A stretch of DNA of 64,000 nucleotides from Omnitrophica WOR_2 bacterium RIFOXYA2_FULL_38_17 (GTDB lineage: Bacteria; Omnitrophota; Gorgyraeia; Zapsychrales; Zapsychraceae): NCBI GenBank assembly GCA_001805965.1, contig MHHG01000072.1, forward strand, positions 429 through 64,428, read 5' to 3'. Both the position numbers and the translations under genes were made by a program. How positions within the stretch are numbered: position 1 is the first letter of the stretch; the number at the start of each line of letters is the position of its first letter. Positions 56,583 to 64,000 of this stretch are shown here, piece by piece. Below the pieces are notes generated by a model. The model did no database searches. It was not told the origin of the DNA and saw only the letters and a program-made list of their open reading frames with translations.

Positions 56583-56669
56583 TTAACAGAGCATATTGTA
56601 AAGATGGGTTTTCTTAAGGGATGTCTCCAGGCTAAATAAGATCTAGACAATATCTAAAGGGTTCTTATC

Positions 56670-58370
56670 ATGCTAGAAAATGTAAAAAAAATAGTAGGAG
56701 AAAGATTGATCAAGTCAGGTATTGTTGATCAAGATCAATACCTCTTAGCGCTGGAGAGACAAAAGGACACGGGTGTTTGCTTAAAACAGATTTTGGTCGA
56801 CCTTGGATATATTTCAGAAGCCGAGCTTGCGGATTATAAGTGGGCATCCTTCAATATTCCTTTTATGGAAGATGTCCTAGATAAAGTAGTAGACCCTCAA
56901 ATCATTCAGATGATACCCGAAGCCATTTGTAGAAATAATAATGTTATGCCCTTATTTAAGGTAATGGATGTACTTATAATCGCTATGCTAAATCCTTTAG
57001 ATAAGAGCTTAATTGATGATCTTAAAATGGTAACAGGATGCCAAATTGACGGTGTTCTGGTAAAAAAAGAAGAGCTTGTTAAGTCTATAGATATGTTTTA
57101 TGGAAAAGCTGACGGGTCAAGTAAGATAGTTAAAAGAATGGTTGATGATGAGGAAGAATTATTTTTGATAAATGAGAACAAAGAGACCGAATCTTCTTTG
57201 AAGACAACAACTACTCTTGATGCCCCGGTCATTAGAATTGTTAATGCAATTATAAGCCAGGCGATCAAAAAAGGCGCAAGCGAAATTCATTTTGACCCTG
57301 ATGAAGATATCTTGAGGGTAAAATATCGTATTGATGGCGTATTAAGAGATGCAATGATCACTACTAGGAGCCTGCAGCCTTCAATAATATCAAGGATTAA
57401 AATTATGGCTTCATTTGATATTTCAGTCAAAAGAACGCCACAGGAAGGCAAGTTCAAAGTTAATTCATATAATAAAGATTTTGATGTGCGTGTTCTCACT
57501 GTTCCTGCGATCTATGGGGAGAAGATTGTTATGAGATTGTTAGATCAGATAAGCATAAAACTTGGATTAAAGGATTTAGGTTTTACTAAGGAATGTTATG
57601 AAAAATTTACTGAATTGATAAAGAGCCCGTATGGGATCATTTTTGTAACTGGCCCCACAGGCAGTGGAAAGACAACGACACTTTATCTTGCATTGCAGGA
57701 GATTCATTCTTATAAGCGCAATATCATCACAATTGAAGACCCTATTGAATGTGTTCTTGACGGAATAGACCAGATAGAGGTAAACGCGAAGGCAGGAGAG
57801 ACCTTTGCCGAGAATCTAACTTCTGTTTTGGAGCAGGAGCCTGATGTGATTATGGTTGGAGAGATAAGCGACCTTGAGACGGCTGACATTGCCGTGAGGG
57901 CAGCATTAACAAATCATTTAGTGTTCAGCACTCTTTCTTCAAGAGATACTCCCGGTGCGATAGCTCGTATGATTGATATTGGCATACAGCCTTATTTAGT
58001 TACTTCCTCAATTATTTGCATTCTTACCCAGAGATTGGTTAGGGTTATTTGTCTTGATTGCAGGGAGAAGTATATTATGTCAGAAAGCGAGTTTAAGGAA
58101 TCTGGATTAGTGGGCCAGAAAGGAGAATATACTTTCTTCAAAGGTGCTGGCTGCAGTCAATGTTCAGGCTCGGGGTATCGTGGTAAGACAGGGATCTTTG
58201 AGCTTATGATCATTGATAAGGAATTAAGGGGTTTGATACAGTCTGGAAAATCAGCTGAGATGATTATGTATGCCGCTCGCAGAGCAGGCATGAAAACATT
58301 ATGGGAGGATGGCATAGAGAAAGTTAAAAAGGGTATAACAACCTTTGAAGAACTTAAAAGAACAATTTAG
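56670..58370 (+). CDS. type II secretion / type IV pilus assembly ATPase (GspE/PilB family)
   Basis: N-terminal GspE_N-type domain. Walker A GPTGSGKTTT, Asp box, Walker B VIMVGEISD. Tetracysteine Zn motif CLDC...CSQCSGSG. Confidence 0.85.
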   Translation: MLENVKKIVGERLIKSGIVDQDQYLLALERQKDTGVCLKQILVDLGYISEAELADYKWASFNIPFMEDVLDKVVDPQIIQMIPEAICRNNNVMPLFKVMDVLIIAMLNPLDKSLIDDLKMVTGCQIDGVLVKKEELVKSIDMFYGKADGSSKIVKRMVDDEEELFLINENKETESSLKTTTTLDAPVIRIVNAIISQAIKKGASEIHFDPDEDILRVKYRIDGVLRDAMITTRSLQPSIISRIKIMASFDISVKRTPQEGKFKVNSYNKDFDVRVLTVPAIYGEKIVMRLLDQISIKLGLKDLGFTKECYEKFTELIKSPYGIIFVTGPTGSGKTTTLYLALQEIHSYKRNIITIEDPIECVLDGIDQIEVNAKAGETFAENLTSVLEQEPDVIMVGEISDLETADIAVRAALTNHLVFSTLSSRDTPGAIARMIDIGIQPYLVTSSIICILTQRLVRVICLDCREKYIMSESEFKESGLVGQKGEYTFFKGAGCSQCSGSGYRGKTGIFELMIIDKELRGLIQSGKSAEMIMYAARRAGMKTLWEDGIEKVKKGITTFEELKRTI

Positions 58371-58414
58371 TGAATGATGAGTAATTTGTTTGTTTTTTGA
58401 TCCTATATAAAGAA

Positions 58415-58810
58415 TTATACGGATATGTATTTCAGCCAGACAGTCCTGTTTCTTGGGCCGTCAAATTCCATGAAAAATATTCCTTGCCAGGTGCCTAAAA
58501 GAACTTGTCCGTTCTCAACGATAAAATTATAGGAGAAATTCATCAAGCTGGCTTTAATATGGGCATCGGAATTACCTTCAATGTGAGCAAAACCAAAATC
58601 TTGGGGGATTTTTTTATTAAGGAAAGCAATAATGTCTTTTTTGACATCCGGATCGGCATTTTCGTTTACTGTTATGCCTGCAGTGGTATGCGGAGAGAAG
58701 ACTGTTAAGATCCCTGAGGAATAACCGTTCTTCGCAATGTATTGCTGGATTTGAGGGGTGATATCAATTATTTGTTCTCTTTGTCTTGAGGATATCTTTA
58801 GTATTTCCAT
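58415..58810 (-). CDS. YjbQ/UPF0047 family protein (secondary thiamine-phosphate synthase-like), 131 aa
   Basis: MEILKISSRQREQIIDIT...SGILTVFSPHTTAGITVNENADPDV..D.......P......H.EGNSDAHIKASL...S....V..G.LLGTWQGIFF.EFDG matches the YjbQ family. The ORF-track start at 58975 adds 55 non-family residues and would overlap the divergent yidD start. The internal Met at 58810 is preferred. Confidence 0.7.
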   Translation of the reverse strand: MEILKISSRQREQIIDITPQIQQYIAKNGYSSGILTVFSPHTTAGITVNENADPDVKKDIIAFLNKKIPQDFGFAHIEGNSDAHIKASLMNFSYNFIVENGQVLLGTWQGIFFMEFDGPRNRTVWLKYISV

Positions 58811-58926
58811 TTTTGGCTTTTGCCTTTCATTGTGATAGATATTAAGGACTGAAGACAGGATGATTATACTAGTTTGAGAAAAGGGTAGCAAATTGTATTT
58901 GGATCTAATAATATTTTTAAAAGAGA

Positions 58927-59196
58927 ATGATAAGATTGTTAAATAAACTGTTTGTTTCAATTTGTGTTTTTGCAATACGAATGTATCAAAAGGTTATTGC
59001 ACCCTATTTTCCTTCTCAATGCAGGTTTCAGCCAAGCTGCTCAAGATATATGGAAGATTCTTTAAATAGGTTCGGGTTCTTTAAGGGTTTATACTTGGGA
59101 ATAAAAAGGATATTGCGCTGTAATCCCAGGGGCAAACATGGATATGACCCGGTGCCGATGAAAGAAGATGGCCTTAAGGACGAAAAGGACAAATAG
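58927..59196 (+). CDS. yidD: membrane protein insertion efficiency factor YidD
   Basis: VIAPYFPSQCRFQPSCSRYMEDSLNRFGFFKGLYLGIKRILRCNP.....YDPVP is the YidD consensus including conserved Cys residues. Confidence 0.8.
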   Translation: MIRLLNKLFVSICVFAIRMYQKVIAPYFPSQCRFQPSCSRYMEDSLNRFGFFKGLYLGIKRILRCNPRGKHGYDPVPMKEDGLKDEKDK

Positions 59197-59270
59197 TTTG
59201 TGTCTAGGTCAATGGATTTTGAAATTTAGATAAAATATTTTTCATAGGACAAGAAAGAAAGTTAGGAGAA

Positions 59271-60107
59271 ATGATGGAAGGCTGGGCATATTTACAATAC
59301 AGAATCAATCCTGTTTTCGTCTCGATCGGGCCTGTAAGTATTCACTGGTATGGGATAATGTACTTGATAGCTTTTTTTCTTACATATTATTTGGTTAAGT
59401 ACAGGATCAAAGCTGAGAAATTAAATTATTCAAAAGATTTGATATATGATTTTATGACGCAGGCAATCTTAGGCGCGGTTTTAGGCGGAAGATTGGGGTA
59501 TGTGCTGTTTTATAATTTGGGATATTTTATGCAACATCCTCTTGAGATAGTTTCTCCTTTTGATCTTTCGGATGGGATCAGATTTGTTGGTATATATGGG
59601 ATGTCTTATCACGGGGGATTGTTGGGAGTCGCAGCTGTTTTTGCTCTTTTTTGCAAAAAAAGGAAACTGGACCTATTTAGGTTCGTTGACCTTATTGTCC
59701 CGGCTTTTCCATTGGGCTATATGTTTGGAAGGATAGGGAACTTTATTAATGGTGAGTTGTTTGGGCGGGCCACGGATGTTGCTTGGGGCATGTATTTTAA
59801 GAGCGATATGCTTGATCAGTTGCGTCATCCTTCACAGCTTTATGAAGCATTCTTTGAAGGATTGTTGTTGTTTGCGGTTCTTTGGTATTTAAGAACAAGA
59901 TCAAAGTTTGAAGGTTTTTTGTTCTCGGTATATTTGATCGGTTATGGAGTTGTAAGGTTTTTTATAGAATATTTTCGTGAGCCTGATGCGCATTTGGGGT
60001 TTATTGTAGGCTCTTTTTCTATGGGGCAGCTCTTGTGCCTTGTGATGATAGCTGCAGGTATAATAGTTCTTTCCTTAAAAAATAAAAAGTCCGTTAACTG
60101 TAAGTGA
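59271..60107 (+). CDS. lgt: prolipoprotein diacylglyceryl transferase
   Basis: Lgt signature GPVSIHWYGIMYLIAFF, plus YHGGLLG and GRIGNFINGELFG motifs. Polytopic, 278 aa. Confidence 0.9.
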   Translation: MMEGWAYLQYRINPVFVSIGPVSIHWYGIMYLIAFFLTYYLVKYRIKAEKLNYSKDLIYDFMTQAILGAVLGGRLGYVLFYNLGYFMQHPLEIVSPFDLSDGIRFVGIYGMSYHGGLLGVAAVFALFCKKRKLDLFRFVDLIVPAFPLGYMFGRIGNFINGELFGRATDVAWGMYFKSDMLDQLRHPSQLYEAFFEGLLLFAVLWYLRTRSKFEGFLFSVYLIGYGVVRFFIEYFREPDAHLGFIVGSFSMGQLLCLVMIAAGIIVLSLKNKKSVNCK

Positions 60108-60129
60108 CATTTAGAATGGGATCAATCTA

Positions 60130-61710
60130 ATGAATAGAAGTGTATTAATAGTAGTGCTTGTTCTGGCTACTTTCTTTTTTTATTCTTCTGCTTTAGATAA
60201 TGGTTTTACTAATTGGGATGATCCAAAATATCTAACACAGAATAAAAGAGTGCAGGTCCTATCTTTTGAAAGTATTGCAGACCTGTTTACCCGAACAAAG
60301 ATAGGTTATCATCACTATATCCCCTTAACATTGTTGTCTTTTGCTATAGAAAATCATTTCTTTGGGCTTGATCCAAAGATCTTTATCTTGAACAATATTT
60401 TGCTTCATTGTGTAAATGTGCTCTTGGTTCTATGGTTTGTGTTTCTTTTATTGAAGCGGTTCGATATTGCATTTATGACCGCTGCGCTATTTGCAGTACA
60501 TCCGGTGCACGTTGAATCGGTTGCGTGGATAGTTGAAAGAAAGGATGTTCTTTATACGCTTTTTTATTTAGGTTCAATTATCAGTTTTATTTATTCTGCA
60601 AAAAGAGAGCAGAAAAAGAACAGTTTTTATTCGCTTTCTTTATTATTATTTTTGTTTTCATTGTTCTCAAAGCCTGCAGCAGTGACGCTGCCTATAGTGC
60701 TTTTGCTGATAGATCTTTATTTTCATGGGGATATCTATGTTTTTGACTGGAAGAAGATGGCTGGCGCCTTGTTCAATAAGATACCTTTTTTTATACTTTC
60801 CGGAATATTTGTTTTTATTGCTTTTGGGCAGCAAAAGCCGGGTTTATTTGATATTTATTCTCGATTGGAGCATATCATGATAGGCAGCTATGGTTTCATG
60901 TTTTATGTTGTAAAGCTGATTATGCCGTCGGGTCTGTCTTGTTTTTATCCTGTTCCCGCAAAAATAAATAATAGTTTGCCGATTTTATTTAGTATTGCTC
61001 CGGCAGTATTAATCGCGGCAGTATTTTCCTTGGCCTTTGTTTTTAGAAAGAAAAGGGAGCTATTGTTCGGCTTATTGTTTTATTGCGTGACGATATCTTT
61101 AGTGACATTTTTTGGGGCGTCTACGGCTTTGGCGTCAGATAGATATACTTATGTTCCTTCTATCGGGGTATTTCTGATAGCTTCTTATCTTGTTTGTCAT
61201 TTGGTGAGTCATGAATCAATAAAAAATATGGCTGTCAGGCTTTCTTTGAAGTTCTTGATATCTTGTTTTTTTGTAGTGCTTGCAATCATGACTTTTGACA
61301 GGTGCAAAATTTGGGAAAATGGTATTACGCTTTGGAGCGATGTTATATCAAAATATGACAATGTTATAGAAGCTTATGTGAATAGAGGCAATGAATATGG
61401 CAGGAACAAGGAATATGACCTGGCTTTGGAAGATTACAAAAAGGCGCTAGAGCTTGAACCTAGTAATCTTACTGCACTAACCAGTCGTGGTTATTTGTTT
61501 TATTTGATGGGCTTTTATGATAGGGCCATTGATGATTATACTAAGGCAATTTCAGCTTATCCCCAATATGTTCCCGCATATCTAAATAGGTCGCTAGCCT
61601 ATGAAAGAATTGGAGAATTTAGAGGTGCGGTTGATGACCTTATGAAGGCAAGAATGATTGATCCGAATGTCTCTATTGAGCGTCTTAATGATTTGAAGAA
61701 AATAAAATAA
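60130..61710 (+). CDS. TMTC-like membrane protein: DUF1736/PMT_2-type GT-C domain fused to C-terminal TPR repeats
   Basis: N-terminus ...LDNGFTNWDDPKYLTQN...YHHYIPLTLLSFAIENHFFGL...HPVHVESVAWI is typical of bacterial TMTC/PMT_2 proteins. C-terminal ~130 aa form TPR units (AYVNRGNEYGRNKEYDLALEDYKKALELEP...). Confidence 0.5.
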   Translation: MNRSVLIVVLVLATFFFYSSALDNGFTNWDDPKYLTQNKRVQVLSFESIADLFTRTKIGYHHYIPLTLLSFAIENHFFGLDPKIFILNNILLHCVNVLLVLWFVFLLLKRFDIAFMTAALFAVHPVHVESVAWIVERKDVLYTLFYLGSIISFIYSAKREQKKNSFYSLSLLLFLFSLFSKPAAVTLPIVLLLIDLYFHGDIYVFDWKKMAGALFNKIPFFILSGIFVFIAFGQQKPGLFDIYSRLEHIMIGSYGFMFYVVKLIMPSGLSCFYPVPAKINNSLPILFSIAPAVLIAAVFSLAFVFRKKRELLFGLLFYCVTISLVTFFGASTALASDRYTYVPSIGVFLIASYLVCHLVSHESIKNMAVRLSLKFLISCFFVVLAIMTFDRCKIWENGITLWSDVISKYDNVIEAYVNRGNEYGRNKEYDLALEDYKKALELEPSNLTALTSRGYLFYLMGFYDRAIDDYTKAISAYPQYVPAYLNRSLAYERIGEFRGAVDDLMKARMIDPNVSIERLNDLKKIK

Positions 61711-61824
61711 TAAAAGATTACCTTGGTGCAAGAAATTGACAACTATGTTAGAATGAATTTAATTTCCTGTAATAAGAATATTGGCATGCCTTATTTAAAA
61801 TTTCAAAAAAAGGAGTGAAGTATT

Positions 61825-62592
61825 ATGTCTAGAAAAAGTAAAATGTTTATAGGTTTACTGGTCATGGTTTTTTTGGCTGGATTTTGGGCCGTTGGGGCTA
61901 TGGCTCAGAAAGATGCCGGTAAAGATCTCAAGCCGTATATCAATAATGTGGAAGAGGCTAAAGGCGGGATGACAGTATTTCAGATGATGAAGGCTGGTGG
62001 TTTTATCATGATCATCCTAGCCGCGATCTCTGTAGTTGCGGTTGCTTTTATAGTTTATAACTTCAGGGTATTGAAGATAGAGAACTTAGTGCCGGCCAAA
62101 TTCACTGATGATCTTATCACGATGCTTGAAGAAGGCGAAGGCAAGCGTGCATATGCGTTGTGTCAGACGCAAGACAATATTGTCTCGAATATCGTTGTCG
62201 CTGGTTTAGAGAAGCGTGATAAAGGCGATGTTTTTGCTAAAGAAGCTATTGAGGCGGTTGCACGTCAGGAAGTTGGCGCATTGTGGCAAAATATCAGTTA
62301 TTTGGCAGATATCGCTACTGTGGCGCCATTAATAGGTTTGCTTGGAACAGTTTTGGGTATGATACAGGCTTTTAATGTTATTGCCTTTCAGACAGCTGTC
62401 GTCAAACCTATACTTTTGGCTGGCGGTGTTTCAAAGGCCATGGTTACAACTGCCGGGGGCTTGATAGTTGCAATTCCTGCTATGCTTTTTTATTCATATT
62501 TTAAGGGAAAAGTCATCGAAATATCCAACCTCGTAGAAAGTTATTCGACTGATATAACTAAACTTATCCAGGAATTAAAAAAGGGAAAATAG
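61825..62592 (+). CDS. MotA/TolQ/ExbB-family proton-channel protein
   Basis: Signal/anchor, then a 3-TM core with conserved ...IATVAPLIGLLGTVLGMI.AF and GGVSKAMVTTAGGLIVAIPA segments. Confidence 0.75.
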   Translation: MSRKSKMFIGLLVMVFLAGFWAVGAMAQKDAGKDLKPYINNVEEAKGGMTVFQMMKAGGFIMIILAAISVVAVAFIVYNFRVLKIENLVPAKFTDDLITMLEEGEGKRAYALCQTQDNIVSNIVVAGLEKRDKGDVFAKEAIEAVARQEVGALWQNISYLADIATVAPLIGLLGTVLGMIQAFNVIAFQTAVVKPILLAGGVSKAMVTTAGGLIVAIPAMLFYSYFKGKVIEISNLVESYSTDITKLIQELKKGK

Positions 62593-62595
62593 AAA

Positions 62596-63018
62596 ATGGC
62601 TAATTTAAATGTTTCAGAATATCAAAAACAAGGGCCGGTTATTCAGATGGCACCGCTTATCGATATTATTTTCTTAACATTAGTCTTTTTTATGACGCTT
62701 TCTGTCTTTAGTCAGCTTGAATCAGAGCTGAATATCAGTGTGCCTAAATCAAAAGAGTCAAAAGAGACGGTCAGGAGTCCGGGCGAGGTGATTATTAATA
62801 TTACCAAAGAAGGCAAGGTCATTGTTAACCAGAAGGTTCTTACTACTGAAGGGCTTGAAGAAATGTTGATGAAGGTTTCCTCTCTTTTTCCGGATCAGCC
62901 TGTTATCATTAGGGCGGATGAAAAAACATATCATAAATATGTGGTTGGTGTTCTTGATGCTTGTGCCCAGGCAGAAATATGGAATATTTCATTCTCAGCG
63001 ACTAAAGAAGAAATGTAA
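62596..63018 (+). CDS. ExbD/TolR-family biopolymer transport protein
   Basis: Single N-terminal TM (MAPLIDIIFLTLVFFMTLSVF) plus a periplasmic domain. Immediately follows the ExbB-like gene. Confidence 0.7.
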   Translation: MANLNVSEYQKQGPVIQMAPLIDIIFLTLVFFMTLSVFSQLESELNISVPKSKESKETVRSPGEVIINITKEGKVIVNQKVLTTEGLEEMLMKVSSLFPDQPVIIRADEKTYHKYVVGVLDACAQAEIWNISFSATKEEM

Positions 63019-63045
63019 TAATTGTTTGATATTTTGAATATAAAA

Positions 63046-64000
63046 ATGATGAATTGTTATAGAAAAGTTGTATGCGCGGCTTTGTTTTGTGGATTATTAT
63101 TTTGCAGTGATAGTGTCTTTTCACAAGAAGAAGTGCAGATCAAAGAGGAACAATCTGAAGAGAAAGAGGCTCTTTCTAAAGATATTGAGCAGCTTGATTT
63201 TGCTAATGGCCTTTTTGAAAGAGGTCTCTTCAAAATGGCAGATAAGGAATATGAGAAGTTTATAAAATTATATCCTGAAAGTAGCCTGCGGATCGAAGCT
63301 TATTACGGGGCGCCGGAAAGTCTTTTCTTTGATCAGTCTTACAAAAAAGCTATAGAGAAATTTAAACGGTACAGGGAGTTTTTCCCTGATGATAATAAGA
63401 ACAATCTTGCTGTTTTAAGGATCGGCCAGTCATATTATCTGGTAGGTAATTTAGATGAGGCGATTGCTACTTTTCATTCTGTGGATGATTCAAAGCTTAC
63501 CGACAATTTTAAACAGACCCTTTATTATTATCTTGGGAAGGCTTATCGGGACAAAGGAGACAAGTCAAGAAGTATTGAAAGTTATAAAAAGGCAACACAG
63601 GTTCCCAACGATAGTAAATATGTCACTCAGTCATATTTCGATATGGGTGATATCTATGGCGAGGACAGTAAGTTTGGTGAAGCTATCGAAGTTTATAGTA
63701 AAGCCTATGACTCTGCAGTTTTAGACAAATCAAAAGTGCAGGCGCTTTTTAAGAAAGGCGAGATGAGCTTTCTTTCAAAGGACTATGAGGCTTCTATCTC
63801 TACTTTTGGTAATATTGTTGGACAGTTTCCGGATGATGATTTAGCAAAAGAGGCTTTTTCCAATCTCGTTTCTTCTCTATACAACGCATCTAAGTATGAA
63901 GAGATATTGATAGAATATAAAAAGCATTCTGATTTGGTAGCAAAGACCAATAATGCTAGCGGCATTATGCTAATGACGGCTCGAGCGTTTCTTCAGCTTG
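63046..64000 (+). CDS. secreted TPR-repeat protein (YbgF/Tol-Pal-associated-like), 3' end beyond window
   Basis: ATGATG at 63046. Signal peptide MMNCYRKVVCAALFCGLLFCSDSVFS. Repeated TPR units (AYYGAPESLFFDQSYKKAIEKFKRY..., LYYYLGKAYRDKGDKSRSIESYKKA..., YFDMGDIYGEDSKFGEAIEVYSKAY...). Frame is open to the window end. The ORF-track entry 63068..63265 is in a different frame and probably spurious. Confidence 0.6.
   Translation, partial: MMNCYRKVVCAALFCGLLFCSDSVFSQEEVQIKEEQSEEKEALSKDIEQLDFANGLFERGLFKMADKEYEKFIKLYPESSLRIEAYYGAPESLFFDQSYKKAIEKFKRYREFFPDDNKNNLAVLRIGQSYYLVGNLDEAIATFHSVDDSKLTDNFKQTLYYYLGKAYRDKGDKSRSIESYKKATQVPNDSKYVTQSYFDMGDIYGEDSKFGEAIEVYSKAYDSAVLDKSKVQALFKKGEMSFLSKDYEASISTFGNIVGQFPDDDLAKEAFSNLVSSLYNASKYEEILIEYKKHSDLVAKTNNASGIMLMTARAFLQL

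Noticed and set aside
63068-63265. 65-aa ORF from the six-frame track
   Set aside because: It lies in a different frame from, and inside, the much longer TPR-protein reading frame that starts at 63046 and is open to the window end. Composition is Lys/Arg-rich and junk-like.
1-64000. CRISPR arrays, rRNA or tRNA genes
   Set aside because: No regularly spaced direct repeats with unique spacers. No rRNA-like conserved blocks. Intergenic regions (4561-4840, 15100-15757, 18288-18695, 22311-22632, 43918-44140) were read for tRNA cloverleaf features (GTTCGAATC-type T-arm, 7-bp acceptor pairing) and none is convincing.

Overview
This is a low-GC (~35%) bacterial chromosomal segment on which I place about 50 genes. 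It is probably from a diderm, because it carries Lgt, a TolC-like outer-membrane protein, ExbB/ExbD, YbgF-like TPR, type IV pilins and GspE/PilB. The giant secreted protein, the many pilins and the GT-C enzymes fit an Omnitrophota-like or other poorly cultured lineage, but that is a guess.

Layout, 5' to 3':
- A mobile region: the 3' end of a tyrosine recombinase, a small coiled-coil ORF, a SEC-C-motif protein of unknown function and an IS30-family IS.
- Two tandemly duplicated polytopic GT-C-like (PMT/ArnT-type) membrane proteins.
- A 2334-aa signal-peptide protein with two HSP90/sacsin-like GHKL segments and a C-terminal HExxH zincin motif. It has a 911-aa paralog 33 kb downstream that shares its ~350-aa N-terminal and ~60-aa C-terminal modules but carries an atypical protein-kinase-like core instead.
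- Small membrane proteins, an SGNH hydrolase with a TPR insertion, and a minor-pilin operon that includes a pilin with DxDxDG calcium-loop motifs.
- DUF1846, carB, and a PurF-like gene whose N-terminal nucleophile is Cys->Ser.
- A membrane-embedded B12/radical-SAM enzyme, a charged nonapeptide-repeat protein, and ssb.
- A signalling island: three PAS/HAMP histidine kinases, three REC-only regulators, a FIST-like periplasmic protein and a PAS-GGDEF-EAL protein.
- A TolC-like gene, glpK, a three-gene anaerobic G3P-dehydrogenase-like module, a MazG-like gene, GspE/PilB, yjbQ, yidD, lgt, a TMTC-like GT-C+TPR protein, exbB/exbD, and a TPR protein running off the 3' end.

The most interesting system is the paired modular secreted proteins, which read as polymorphic effectors, together with the tandem GT-C genes next to the mobile region. 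No CRISPR, rRNA or clear tRNA was seen.
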